Positions 10,106-20,192 of a stretch of DNA of 64,000 nt are shown here, piece after piece; position 1 is the stretch's first letter, and the number at the start of each line of letters is the position of its first letter. Location of the stretch: assembly GCA_021325515.1 (NCBI GenBank), contig JAJPHC010000030.1, positions 78,976-142,975 on the forward strand, given 5' to 3'. The stretch is from Acidobacteriota bacterium. GTDB taxonomy: Bacteria; Acidobacteriota; Thermoanaerobaculia; Gp7-AA8. The notes below the pieces were generated by a model. That model did not search any database. It was not told the DNA's origin and worked only from the letters and a program-made list of their open reading frames with translations. Both the position numbers and the translations under genes were made by a program.

Positions 10106-10792
10106 TCAACCGACGTCGGCGTGCCGCATCAGCTCTTCTACATCCGGCACGATGCACAGCTTGCCATCGAGCCGGATCAATCCCTCGACCTGCAATCTGC
10201 CGAGGTTGCGCGAGACGAGCTCGCGCACGGTGCCGATCGTTGCCGCGATTTCCTGATTCGACGGCAGCGTCACTTCGGTGCCTCGCTGCGTGTGCTCGCC
10301 TGCCGTCTGCGCCAGGCGCACAATCATCATCGCCAGCCTGCTGCGCACGGTCGTGAACGACAACTCCTCGATGAGTGCCACGAGTCTGCGCAGCCGGCCG
10401 CCGACATTCTTCAGCACCTTCAACGCCACTTCGGGATGCTCGAGAATCAACGCGCGAAACTCCCGCTTGCTCAGAAACAGCAGCACGCTGTCGACCGTGG
10501 CCACGGCCGACGCCGGATACGGCCCGCCATCGAATACCGGAATTTCCGCGATGGAGTTTCCCGCGCGGTCGATCGTCAGCACCTGTTCGCGCCCCGAGGC
10601 CGAGGTCTTGAAGATCTTCATCTCGCCCGATTCGACGACGAAGAAGCCCTGGCACGGATCTCCTTCATTGAAGAGGATCTCCCCCTCGTGCACATGCTGC
10701 TTCGCGACGCGATGCGCGAGCGCGTGCAGTTCCTCCTCCGACAGCTCTGCGAAGAGCGCGACGTTCGAGAGAACGGTGTACGGATCGAACAC
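10106..10792 (-). CDS. Crp/Fnr family transcriptional regulator (no FNR Cys cluster; Dnr/NnrR/HcpR-like)
   Basis: cNMP-binding-like domain and HTH with IGTVRELVSR. GGAGG then a GTG start overlapping the upstream stop. Confidence 0.9.
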   Translation of the reverse strand: MFDPYTVLSNVALFAELSEEELHALAHRVAKQHVHEGEILFNEGDPCQGFFVVESGEMKIFKTSASGREQVLTIDRAGNSIAEIPVFDGGPYPASAVATVDSVLLFLSKREFRALILEHPEVALKVLKNVGGRLRRLVALIEELSFTTVRSRLAMMIVRLAQTAGEHTQRGTEVTLPSNQEIAATIGTVRELVSRNLGRLQVEGLIRLDGKLCIVPDVEELMRHADVG

Positions 10793-12090
10793 TACGCCTC
10801 CTGTGCCCGGCGGGCCTCCAGGTATGCCTCGAGAGGTGACCCGGTCGTCAGGGTCATCAACAGGTTCACAGCGAAGAGCGTGACCGCGGTCATTTCGATG
10901 ATCGCAGAAAGTGCGAGCGCGCTCCACGCATGCTCCGAGATGTGCTGATACGCGAGGATCTGTCCGCCAACACGCAGCGTGCAGCCGATGTTGATCAGTC
11001 CCAGCACGACTGCCATGAGTCTCGTGCTCCAGAGCCGCCGCACGTTGAAGAACGCCGGCAGCACGCGCGGCCCGATCGTGAACACCGCCGCCGCGAAGAA
11101 TCCGACCGTGAGCGCGTGGCGCGACGCGCCCGCGTAGCCATTCGGCGCCGGCACGGACGCGGCGACGATCGCCAGCGCGCCTGCGACCACCGACCAGAGA
11201 AACGCGATGCGGATGAACAGCGGCGTCGATTCATGCACACCGCGCAGCTTCGGCTCGCGCTCGCTCCTCTCGAATGTGCGCAGCGCGATTCCAAACATCA
11301 ACGCCGCAATCGTCAGAATGACCGCACCGGCGATCAGCGAGAAGAACGACGTCGCGACGCCCGCGAAGAGTATCGCCATCACCGGGATCAGCATCGTCTT
11401 GCGCGTTTTCTTCAAGCCGAGCAGCGGCGGAAGCCATCGCGAGGCAAAGCCCCAGATGAACGGCACGACGAAGCCCCACGTGATCAGCACCAGATAGCGC
11501 TGGTTGAATGCGGCCGGGAATCGGGGCGCACTGCCGGTGAGCGCGACTCGCAGCGATTCCGCGGCGTTAACGGCGATTGCAACGACCATCGACGCGCCGG
11601 CGCCGCTGATCAGCAGCACCGACTTCCGCCACGAGTCATCCAACGCACGCGGCCGCGCGAGATAGACAGAGACGGCGAAGATGCACACCGCGATCAGCTC
11701 CAGCGCGCCCGACAACGGCAGCAGCACGCGCCATTGCCACGGCCACGTACCGATCGCCCAGCGCATCGCGACGCCCGCGGTCCACAACGGGTACGTCGTC
11801 CATGCCGCGAGGTGCGAGAACGGACTGAGACGCAGGCGCGGAATCGTGTAGTAGCCGATGCCGAGGATGAAGGTGCCGAGCCAGCCGAAAAGCTGGGCAT
11901 GACCGTGGGCCTGCACCCACGCCGCGTCGGCGGCGGACGAGGTGTGTGCGCTCGCGATCTTCAGCAGGGTCATCACGCCGGCGAACGTGCCCGGCAGCAG
12001 CATGAACGCGAGCCCGGTCGCGATGTAGACCTTGAGCATCCGCGAAAGATCAGGATCGTGCGGCTGGCTGAGAGAACGGCAACGCGGCAT
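10792..12090 (-). CDS. NnrS-like polytopic membrane protein
   Basis: About 12 TM helices; HGHAQLFGW and RHALTVG motifs. GGAGG RBS. Nitrogen-oxide gene context. Confidence 0.7.
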   Translation of the reverse strand: MPRCRSLSQPHDPDLSRMLKVYIATGLAFMLLPGTFAGVMTLLKIASAHTSSAADAAWVQAHGHAQLFGWLGTFILGIGYYTIPRLRLSPFSHLAAWTTYPLWTAGVAMRWAIGTWPWQWRVLLPLSGALELIAVCIFAVSVYLARPRALDDSWRKSVLLISGAGASMVVAIAVNAAESLRVALTGSAPRFPAAFNQRYLVLITWGFVVPFIWGFASRWLPPLLGLKKTRKTMLIPVMAILFAGVATSFFSLIAGAVILTIAALMFGIALRTFERSEREPKLRGVHESTPLFIRIAFLWSVVAGALAIVAASVPAPNGYAGASRHALTVGFFAAAVFTIGPRVLPAFFNVRRLWSTRLMAVVLGLINIGCTLRVGGQILAYQHISEHAWSALALSAIIEMTAVTLFAVNLLMTLTTGSPLEAYLEARRAQEA

Positions 12091-12110
12091 CGGGCGGGCC
12101 TCCGATGCGT

Positions 12111-12153
12111 AACGTACCGCGCGCCGTGCAGCGGCGGCATGACGGATGTCATG
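12111..12153 (-). promoter_or_regulatory. Putative class II Crp/Fnr promoter: ATGAC-N4-GTCAT box plus TACGTT -10
   Basis: Palindrome catgac-ggat-gtcatg at 12138-12153, centred at -41.5 if the -10 hexamer is 12116-12111. Confidence 0.6.
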
Positions 12154-12282
12154 TCGAAGCGGGCAGCAGCAGGATCGGCCACGTTGCTTCCCGCGAAGCC
12201 CTGCCTCTCGCCCGCTTCGTCACATCCCCCCCGGGACCAAAGTCATCGCACCTTGCGTAGCCGATGTCTTCCAATGCGTCAC

Positions 12283-13134
12283 ATGATGTCCAACACCTAT
12301 CGACGCGCTCTCCTGGTGGCGGCGACGGTGACTCTCATCACCGCATCGGCCCGCGCCGCCGACGAAGCGGCCACGTACTTCCGGCAGAACTGCATGAGCT
12401 GCCACACGATCGGAGGCGGCCGTCTCGTCGGCCCTGATCTCAAGGACGTCACGCAACGGCGCGACAAAGGCTGGCTGCAGAAATTCGTCGCCAATCCGAA
12501 GTCGTATCTCGACGGCGGCGATCCCTACGTCGCGAAACTGAAAGAAGACGCACGGGGCGCCGTGATGCCGAACATCGCCGGCATCGACGAAGCCCGAGCG
12601 CTCGCGCTGCTGGAGATGATCGAGCGCGAGTCGAAGCTTCCCAAATCGCAATTCGCCGGTCTCAATATCGGAGACCAGCCATTTACTCCATCCGACATCG
12701 CAAATGGACGGGCCATCATCCTCGGCGAAAAGCATCTGGCCAACGGCGGCCCGGCCTGCGTCTCCTGCCACTCCGTCGACAACATCTCCATCCTCGGCGG
12801 CGGCAAGCTCGCGCCCGATCTGACGAAAGTCTTCGAACGAATGCGCGGCCGGAAGAATCTCGCGTCATGGCTGCAGGCGCCGGCGACGCCGACCATGCGC
12901 CCTCTCTTCGCCAATCAGTCGATGACCAACGACGAGATCACGCAACTCGTCGCTTATCTCGAAACGACCGCACGCAAGCCGCAACAGACCGGCGACACCG
13001 CAACGCTCTCCTTCTTCTTCCTCGGCCTTGGCGGCTGTGTGCTGGGCTTCATCGGCGCCGACACCGTCTGGCGCAAGCGGCTGCGCGGCGTTCGCAAACC
13101 ACTCATTGAAGAAGCTCGGCGAGGTGACCGATGA
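12283..13134 (+). CDS. Membrane-anchored di-heme cytochrome c (NarC-like)
   Basis: Signal peptide, CMSCH and CVSCH, distal Met candidates (AVMP, PTMRP) and a C-terminal TM helix. Stop overlaps the narG start. Confidence 0.88.
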   Translation: MMSNTYRRALLVAATVTLITASARAADEAATYFRQNCMSCHTIGGGRLVGPDLKDVTQRRDKGWLQKFVANPKSYLDGGDPYVAKLKEDARGAVMPNIAGIDEARALALLEMIERESKLPKSQFAGLNIGDQPFTPSDIANGRAIILGEKHLANGGPACVSCHSVDNISILGGGKLAPDLTKVFERMRGRKNLASWLQAPATPTMRPLFANQSMTNDEITQLVAYLETTARKPQQTGDTATLSFFFLGLGGCVLGFIGADTVWRKRLRGVRKPLIEEARRGDR

Positions 13135-16100
13135 GCATCGGCTGGATTCAGGACGAAGCAACGCCCAACGGGCGCTCCTGGGAAGAGTTCTATAGAAACC
13201 GCTGGCAGCACGACAAGGTCGTCCGCTCGACCCACGGCGTGAATTGCACCGGCTCCTGCACGTGGCAGATCTACGTCAAGAACGGGATCGTCACCTGGGA
13301 GATGCAGGGACTCGATTATCCCGCGCTCGAGAACGGCCTCCCGCCTTATGAGCCGCGCGGCTGCCAGCGCGGCATCTCCTACTCCTGGTACCTCTATTCG
13401 CCATTGCGCGTGAAGTATCCGTACATGCGCGGCGCACTGATCGATCTCTGGAAGAGCGCGCGCAGTGCACACGAGGATCCCGTCGAGGCCTGGGCCTCCA
13501 TCATGGACGACCCCGAAAAGCGCCGGCGCTTTCAGAAAGCGCGCGGCAAAGGGGGATTCCGCCGCGCGTCGTGGGACGACGCGCTGGAATTGATGGCCGC
13601 CGCCAATCTGCACACGATCAGGAAATACGGGCCGGACCGCATCAATGGCTTCTCGCCGATTCCGGCGATGTCGATGATCAGCTACGCATCCGGCGCCCGG
13701 CTGATGCAGCTCATGGGCGGCGTCTCACTGTCGTTCTATGACTGGTATTGCGATCTCCCCAATGCGTCGCCGGAAGTATGGGGCGAACAGACGGACGTTC
13801 AGGAGTCGGCTGACTGGTACAACGCCAAGATGCTCGCCGTCATGGGGTCGAACCTCAACATGACGCGCACGCCCGATTGTCATTTTGCAGCCGAGGCGCG
13901 GCACAACGGTTCGAAGATGTGGGTCTTCGCGCCCGATTTCAATCAGGTCGCGAAATACGCAGACGAGTGGGCCGCCATCAATGCCGGACAGGATGGCGCG
14001 TGGTGGATGGCGGTCAATCACGTCATTCTCAAGGAAGCGCATTACGAGAAACAGACACCGTACTTCATCGATTACGCGAAGAAGTACAGCGACAGTCCTT
14101 ATCTCGTCGAGCTGATCCCAAGTGCAGGACAGGCGTTCAAGGCCGGCCGCCTCCTCCGCGCCAATCGCCTCAAGGCCTACCAGAACGTCGAGCACGGCGA
14201 CTGGAAGTTCCTCATGTGGGACGACACATCCGATCAGCCGAAGATGCCGATGGGCTCCGCGGGCTTTCGCTGGGGGCGTGAAAAGGGCAAGTGGAACCTG
14301 CTGCTCGAGGATGGTCTCTATGGCGACAAGATCGAGCCGGCGCTCACCTTCCTCGGCCGCGGCGACGTCGCGGTCAACGTCGAGTTCGACGATTTCGGCG
14401 CCGATCGCCGCTCGTTCCGCGGCGTGCCCGCGCGGTCCGTCGAGCTTGCGGACGGCTCGCGAGTGCTCGTCGCCACTGTTTATGACCTGCTCATGGCGCA
14501 ATACGGCGTCGACCGCGGTCTGGGCGGCGATTATGCGGGCTCTTATGACGACGACGGGCCGTTCACTCCCGCATGGCAGGAGAAATACACCGGCCTCTCG
14601 CGCGACATGGTCATCAAGTTCGCGCGCGAATGGGCGCGCACGGCGGAACTGACACAGGGGAAGTGCACCGTCATCATCGGCGCCGGCATCAATCACTGGT
14701 ACCACGCCAATCTGATGTACCGCGCGGCGATCCACGCGCTGATCTTCTGCGGCTGCATCGGCGTCAATGGCGGCGGACTCGCCCACTATGTCGGCCAGGA
14801 GAAGCTCGCGCCCGGCGAGCCGTGGGGCGCAGTCGCCTTCGGCAAGGACTGGATCCCCTCCTCGCGCCAACAGAACGCGCCGAGCTGGCACTACGTCCAT
14901 TCCGACCAGTGGCGTTATGAGCGATCGTTCACGGAATACCACCGTCTGCCGCGCGAGGCGAACGACTCGACGAAAGATCACACGATCGATCATCAGGTTC
15001 GCGCCGTCCGGCGTGGCTGGCTCCCCTTCTATCCACAGTTCAACAAGAGCTCGATCGAGATCGTGGCCGAGGCCGAGAAGGCGGGCTGCAGAAGCGATCA
15101 GGAGATCATTGATTACGTCGTCGCGCGCCTGAAATCGAGCGAATTGAAATTCGCGGTGGAAGATCCCGACGCGGAAGAGAACTGGCCGCGCGTTTTCTAC
15201 ATCTGGCGCGGTAACGCACTCATGTCGTCGGCCAAGGGCCACGAATATTTCCTCAAGCATTATCTCGGCACGCACAACAACTCCGTCTCACAGGATCTCG
15301 CCGGAGATTCCGTGAAGGAAGTCGTGTGGCGGGAGCAGGCACCGGAAGGAAAGATGGACCTCATCGTCGATCTCAACTTCCGCATGGACACCTCGGCGCT
15401 CTACTCCGACATCGTTCTGCCCGCCGCCACCTGGTACGAGAAGGCCGACATCAACTCGACCGACATGCACAGCTTCATTCATCCGCTGTCGAAGGCGGTG
15501 CCGCCGTGCTGGGAGTCGAAGAGCGACTGGCAGATCTTCCGCGCGCTGGCAAAGAAGTTCTCGGAGCTTGCGGCGAAGCACTTCCAGGCACCGGTCCGCG
15601 ATCTCGTCGCGACGCCTCTGGCACACGACAGCGCCGCGGAGATCGCACAGAGCGAACCACGTGACTGGTTCCGCGGCGAGTGCGAGGCGATTCCCGGCAA
15701 GACCATGCCCGGCCTCAAGATCGTCACGCGCGATTTTCGCGATGTCTACAAGCAGTACATCTCCTTCGGACCAGAAGCGCGCAAGAACGGACTCGGCGCA
15801 CATGGGACGCACTATGCGATCGACGACTTCTATGACGCCATGCTCACCGAGAAACCGACGGTGTGCTGGAATCACGAAGGCTCGTCGAAGCCCTGCTTCG
15901 CAATCAATGGCACGTCGGGCTGCAAGCGCTATCCCTCGCTCCGTGAAGATGAACATGCCGTCGATTTGATCCTCCACCTCGCCACAGTGACGAACGGCGA
16001 GCTCGCCTGGCGCAGCTACAAGGAGATGGAAGCCAAGGTCGGCCTTCCGCTGACGCACCTCGTCGAGAAACAGCGCGGCGTCAGGGTCTCTTACGCGGAT

Positions 16101-16805
16101 CTGCAATCCAGGCCGCATCGCTTCGTGAATTCGCCGATGTGGTCCGGCCTCATCGAAAACGGCCGCGTCTATTCGCCGTTCACCTACAACGTCGAATGCC
16201 TCGTGCCGTGGCGCACGCTCACCGGCCGCCAGCACCTCTATCTCGATCATCCGACCTACATCGAGTTCGGCGAGCATCTGCCCACATACAAGCCCAAGCC
16301 CCTCCCTGCCGAATATGCCGACCTCCGCTTCGCGGAGCAGAACACGAACGCGAAGATGCTCAATTACCTGACGCCCCACGGCAAGTGGCACATCCACTCG
16401 ACGTACGGCGACAACCAGCGCATGACGACGCTGTCGCGCGGCGTCGAGCCGTTCTGGATGAACGACAGCGATGCCGACGAGCTGGGCATTCAGGACAACG
16501 ACTGGGTGGAAGTCTTCAATGACCACGGCGTCGTGGTGACGAGAGCCGCGGTGTCGGCGCGCATCCCGCGCGGCATCTGCATCCAGTACCACTCGCCGGA
16601 ACGGACGTACTCCGTGCCCAAGTCGCCGCTGCGCGGCAACAAGCGCGCCGGCGGCCACAACTCGCTGACCAGAACACGCCTCAAGCCAAACCTGATGATC
16701 GGCGGCTACGGCCAGTTCACCTTCCACTTCAACTACTGGGGACCGACAGGCTGTAACCGCGACACACATGTACTGGTGAGGAAACTGCCCGAATTGAATT
16801 GGTGA
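13131..16805 (+). CDS. narG: Nitrate reductase / nitrite oxidoreductase alpha subunit, copy 2
   Basis: FS0 motif [10 protein letters not shown] and Mo-ligand region FYDWYCDLP. No Tat signal, so cytoplasmic. 1224 aa. Confidence 0.96.
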   Translation: MSIGWIQDEATPNGRSWEEFYRNRWQHDKVVRSTHGVNCTGSCTWQIYVKNGIVTWEMQGLDYPALENGLPPYEPRGCQRGISYSWYLYSPLRVKYPYMRGALIDLWKSARSAHEDPVEAWASIMDDPEKRRRFQKARGKGGFRRASWDDALELMAAANLHTIRKYGPDRINGFSPIPAMSMISYASGARLMQLMGGVSLSFYDWYCDLPNASPEVWGEQTDVQESADWYNAKMLAVMGSNLNMTRTPDCHFAAEARHNGSKMWVFAPDFNQVAKYADEWAAINAGQDGAWWMAVNHVILKEAHYEKQTPYFIDYAKKYSDSPYLVELIPSAGQAFKAGRLLRANRLKAYQNVEHGDWKFLMWDDTSDQPKMPMGSAGFRWGREKGKWNLLLEDGLYGDKIEPALTFLGRGDVAVNVEFDDFGADRRSFRGVPARSVELADGSRVLVATVYDLLMAQYGVDRGLGGDYAGSYDDDGPFTPAWQEKYTGLSRDMVIKFAREWARTAELTQGKCTVIIGAGINHWYHANLMYRAAIHALIFCGCIGVNGGGLAHYVGQEKLAPGEPWGAVAFGKDWIPSSRQQNAPSWHYVHSDQWRYERSFTEYHRLPREANDSTKDHTIDHQVRAVRRGWLPFYPQFNKSSIEIVAEAEKAGCRSDQEIIDYVVARLKSSELKFAVEDPDAEENWPRVFYIWRGNALMSSAKGHEYFLKHYLGTHNNSVSQDLAGDSVKEVVWREQAPEGKMDLIVDLNFRMDTSALYSDIVLPAATWYEKADINSTDMHSFIHPLSKAVPPCWESKSDWQIFRALAKKFSELAAKHFQAPVRDLVATPLAHDSAAEIAQSEPRDWFRGECEAIPGKTMPGLKIVTRDFRDVYKQYISFGPEARKNGLGAHGTHYAIDDFYDAMLTEKPTVCWNHEGSSKPCFAINGTSGCKRYPSLREDEHAVDLILHLATVTNGELAWRSYKEMEAKVGLPLTHLVEKQRGVRVSYADLQSRPHRFVNSPMWSGLIENGRVYSPFTYNVECLVPWRTLTGRQHLYLDHPTYIEFGEHLPTYKPKPLPAEYADLRFAEQNTNAKMLNYLTPHGKWHIHSTYGDNQRMTTLSRGVEPFWMNDSDADELGIQDNDWVEVFNDHGVVVTRAAVSARIPRGICIQYHSPERTYSVPKSPLRGNKRAGGHNSLTRTRLKPNLMIGGYGQFTFHFNYWGPTGCNRDTHVLVRKLPELNW

Positions 16806-16822
16806 TGAAAGGGCATGAGACA

Positions 16823-16904
16823 GATAGGACCTATGGGACCTATGGGACCTATAGGGAGCCACCCATAGGTCCTATAGGTCCCATAAGGTCCCATAAGTCC
16901 CATC
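16823..16904. repeat. Inverted tandem 9-mer hairpin (GGACCTATG)n/(CATAGGTCC)n
   Basis: About 3 units forward and about 4 inverted, between narG and narH. Confidence 0.85.
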
Positions 16905-16924
16905 GCTGCCACGAGGAGCCAATT

Positions 16925-18415
16925 ATGGATGTCCGATCCCAAATCTCCATGGTCTTCCACCTCGATAAATGCATCGGGTGCCACACCTGCTCCATTGCGT
17001 GCAAGAACATCTGGACCGACCGCAAAGGCACGGAGTACATGTGGTGGAACAACGTCGAGACCAAGCCGGGCACCGGCTATCCGACGCGCTGGGAAGATCA
17101 GGAAAAGTACAGCGGCGGCTGGGAGCTGAAAGGCGGGCGGCTGGAGCTGCGCTCGACGTCGAAGTCGAAGATCGTCTTCAACATCTTTCACAACCCGCAC
17201 ATGCCGTCCATGGACGACTACTACGAGCCATGGACCTATGACTACGGCAATCTCTTCAATGCGCCGGAGGGATGCGACCAGCCGACGGCGAAACCGATCT
17301 CGCTGGTCAACGGCAAGTACCTCGACATCGACGCCGGGCCGAACTGGGACGACGATCTCGGCGGCTCACGCGTCTATGCAGCGAACGATCCCAATCTGGA
17401 AGGGATGAATGAAGAGCAGCGCGCGCAGCTCGCGGCGGTCGAGCGGCTCGTGATGTTCTATTTCCCGCGCATCTGCAATCACTGCCTCAATCCGGCGTGC
17501 GTGGCCGCCTGCCCCTCGGGGGCGATGTACAAGCGCGGCGAGGACGGCATCGTGCTCGTCGATCAGAAGCGCTGCCGTGCCTGGCGCGCCTGTGTGGCCG
17601 CCTGCCCCTACAAGAAAGTCTTCTATAACTGGCAGACAGGCAAGTCGGAAAAGTGCATCCTCTGCTTCCCGCGGCTGGAGACCGGACAGGCGCCGGCGTG
17701 CTTCCACTCCTGCGTCGGCCGCATCCGCTACCTCGGCATCCTGCTCTATGACGCGGAACGGATCGAGGAGATCGCGAAGAGCTCCGACGAGAATCTGATC
17801 GACGCCCATCGCTCGATCATTCTCGATCCGTACGATCCGCAGGTCATCGAAGGCGCGCGTGCCAATGGAATCCACGATTCCGTCATCGAGGCCGCACAGA
17901 AGTCGCCGGTCTATCTCTGGGTGAAGCTCTGGAAGCTCGCCCTGCCTCCGCACATAGAGTTCCGCACACTGCCGATGCTCTTCTACGTTCCGCCGATGTC
18001 TCCGGTGATGGCGCAGAAGGATGGTGACATCATCTCCCACACCAGCGACGATCTCTTCCACGACATCGATCAGGCACGCCTGCCGATGCAGTACCTGGCC
18101 AGGCTGTTCGGCGCCGGGCACGACGGCAAGGTTCGCTACGCACTGCGCAAGCAGAAGGCCGTCCGCGCATACCGGCGCTGGCTAACCGTCGGCGACATCA
18201 GCGAGGCCACGGTCGACCGCATGCTCCGCGAGGCGGATACGACTCGCGACGAAGTCGAGGCCATCTACAGGCTAACGTCTCTCTGCACCTTCGAAGACCG
18301 CTTCGTGATCCCGCCGATGTACCGCGAAGAAGCGATCGAGATGCTGCAGGATCCGATGGAGGCGAAGCAGTCCGCCGGCTTCGGCTTCATGGAAGGCCCG
18401 TCGAGGGGGTTGTAA
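16925..18415 (+). CDS. narH: Nitrate reductase beta subunit, copy 2
   Basis: GAGGAG then ATG. Four Fe-S motifs as in copy 1. Confidence 0.95.
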   Translation: MDVRSQISMVFHLDKCIGCHTCSIACKNIWTDRKGTEYMWWNNVETKPGTGYPTRWEDQEKYSGGWELKGGRLELRSTSKSKIVFNIFHNPHMPSMDDYYEPWTYDYGNLFNAPEGCDQPTAKPISLVNGKYLDIDAGPNWDDDLGGSRVYAANDPNLEGMNEEQRAQLAAVERLVMFYFPRICNHCLNPACVAACPSGAMYKRGEDGIVLVDQKRCRAWRACVAACPYKKVFYNWQTGKSEKCILCFPRLETGQAPACFHSCVGRIRYLGILLYDAERIEEIAKSSDENLIDAHRSIILDPYDPQVIEGARANGIHDSVIEAAQKSPVYLWVKLWKLALPPHIEFRTLPMLFYVPPMSPVMAQKDGDIISHTSDDLFHDIDQARLPMQYLARLFGAGHDGKVRYALRKQKAVRAYRRWLTVGDISEATVDRMLREADTTRDEVEAIYRLTSLCTFEDRFVIPPMYREEAIEMLQDPMEAKQSAGFGFMEGPSRGL

Positions 18416-18864
18416 TGAACGCAGGATCGCTCATCCGCCTCTCGTCGCTGCTTTCCTATCCGCACGGGCAGCTCGTCCGTCGTCCCGATGATTGCGGCCC
18501 CATCTCCGACTTCTTCGACGAGATCGAGTCCGTCGAGCCGTCCGGTCTCGAAGAGCTCTATACGACGACGTTCGATCTCAATCCGGTGGCGACGCTCGAG
18601 GTCGGGTGGCACCTGTGGGGCGAGCAATACGAGCGGGGGCGATTCCTCGCCGATTTGCGCGGGCTGCAGGCCGAGCACGGCATTCCCAATGACGTCGAGC
18701 TGCCTGACCACCTGACCGTGCTGCTGCCGACCCTCGCTGCCGCCGGCACCCCGGAGCTCCGCGCGCAGTGCGCCAAAGCCATCGAAAAAATCCTGCAGCC
18801 GCTCGAGGAGCATGGCAACCCCTATCGCCATCTGCTTCGCGCGGCAATGGAGGCGGCACAATGA
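18415..18864 (+). CDS. narJ: Nitrate reductase chaperone, copy 2
   Basis: Motifs LYTTTFDL, HLWGEQYERG and ELPDHL. Confidence 0.88.
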   Translation: MNAGSLIRLSSLLSYPHGQLVRRPDDCGPISDFFDEIESVEPSGLEELYTTTFDLNPVATLEVGWHLWGEQYERGRFLADLRGLQAEHGIPNDVELPDHLTVLLPTLAAAGTPELRAQCAKAIEKILQPLEEHGNPYRHLLRAAMEAAQ

Positions 18865-19562
18865 CGACCTTCGCGAATTACCTCGACACCGTACTGTTCG
18901 CCGTCTTCCCCTATGTGGCGATGGTGCTGTTCCTGGTTGGGACCATCCACCGGTATCGCAGCGAATCGTTCACCTACTCCAGCCTTTCGTCCCAGCTCCT
19001 GGAGAACAAACAGCACTTCTGGGCCGTCGTGCCGTTTCACTACGGCATCATTACGGTACTGACGGGGCACATCGTCGCCTTTCTCATTCCGCGGCAGTTC
19101 CTGCTCTTCAACAGCAAGCCGCTGCGGCTCTACATTCTCGAAGTCTCGGCGTTGATCTTCGGCATCACTACGCTCGTCTCGCTGCTGGCGATCATCGCCC
19201 GCCGCTTCACAGACCCGCGGGTACGCGTGGTCACGACGAAGGCCGACTGGTTCCTTTATGGGATGCTGCTCCTGCAGGTCTTCTGCGGCGTCTATGTGGC
19301 CATCTTCTACCGCTGGGGCTCGGCGTGGTTCGCGGCATCGGCATCGCCTTATCTCTGGTCCCTCCTCAAGCTTCGGCCGGAAATCGCCGTCATTGCCGCC
19401 ATGCCCTTCGCAGTGAAGCTGCACATCGTCAATGCCTGGCTCGTGATTGCCTTCTTCCCGTTCACGCGCCTGGTTCACATCCTCGTCGTTCCGAATCAGT
19501 ACCTCTTCAGAAAACGGCAGGTCGTCCGGTGGTACCGCCGGCCGCAAATGGCGCGGAGCTGA
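18861..19562 (+). CDS. narI: Nitrate reductase gamma subunit, copy 2
   Basis: Motifs SSLSSQLLE, PFHYG, TGH, KLH and PFTRLVH; TM helices. Confidence 0.93.
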   Translation: MTTFANYLDTVLFAVFPYVAMVLFLVGTIHRYRSESFTYSSLSSQLLENKQHFWAVVPFHYGIITVLTGHIVAFLIPRQFLLFNSKPLRLYILEVSALIFGITTLVSLLAIIARRFTDPRVRVVTTKADWFLYGMLLLQVFCGVYVAIFYRWGSAWFAASASPYLWSLLKLRPEIAVIAAMPFAVKLHIVNAWLVIAFFPFTRLVHILVVPNQYLFRKRQVVRWYRRPQMARS

Positions 19563-19566
19563 TGCG

Positions 19567-20187
19567 ATGAATGGCCGGATCCTCACGATCATCCTGTCGG
19601 TGGCCGTGGTCTTCTCGGCCATTGCACTCGTGCCGCGCCTCATCGCCATGCGGCTGCCCGGCGATCACTCCGGCTTCGAACCGGAGCAGCCGATCGCCTT
19701 CTCGCACCGTCTTCACGCCGGTGAGCTGAACATCAACTGCCAATACTGTCACGCGACGGCACAGCGGAGCCGCTATGCGGGGATTCCTTCCGCATCGGCC
19801 TGCATGAACTGCCACAAGTTCATCACCTCGCGCCGCGCCGGCATCCGCGCCGAAGAAGAGCAGGCCAAAAAAGAGCACCGCAAGCCGAATCAGGTCATCG
19901 CACCCGAGCTCAACAAGCTTTATCTCGCGATCAAGACCTCGACACCTGTGCGCTGGAACCGCATTCATCAGGTTCCCGACTTCGTCTACTTCGACCACCG
20001 GCCGCACATCGCCGCGGGGCTCGATTGCCAGCGCTGCCACGGCCCGGTGGAGACGATGGAGCGTGTGCGCCAGGTCGAAACGCTCAACATGGGCTTCTGC
20101 GTCAATTGTCATCGCGGACGCGATGGGACGACGCTCAATGGACATCCGGTCAAGGCCACGAGCGATTGCAGCGCGTGCCACTTCTAA
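19567..20187 (+). CDS. actA: Alternative complex III pentaheme cytochrome c subunit
   Basis: N-terminal TM helix, PEQPIAFSHRLH, five CxxCH motifs and VPDFVYFDH. Confidence 0.88.
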   Translation: MNGRILTIILSVAVVFSAIALVPRLIAMRLPGDHSGFEPEQPIAFSHRLHAGELNINCQYCHATAQRSRYAGIPSASACMNCHKFITSRRAGIRAEEEQAKKEHRKPNQVIAPELNKLYLAIKTSTPVRWNRIHQVPDFVYFDHRPHIAAGLDCQRCHGPVETMERVRQVETLNMGFCVNCHRGRDGTTLNGHPVKATSDCSACHF

Positions 20188-20192
20188 ACGCC

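Noticed and set aside
10930-12282. 5' extension of the 734-aa ORF containing the cytochrome c
   Set aside because: It overlaps the NnrS-like gene on the other strand; the signal peptide begins at about 12283.
16823-16904. Possible CRISPR array (also 38101-38302 and 51627-51689)
   Set aside because: Units are 7-9 nt in tandem with no unique spacers, and there are no cas genes.
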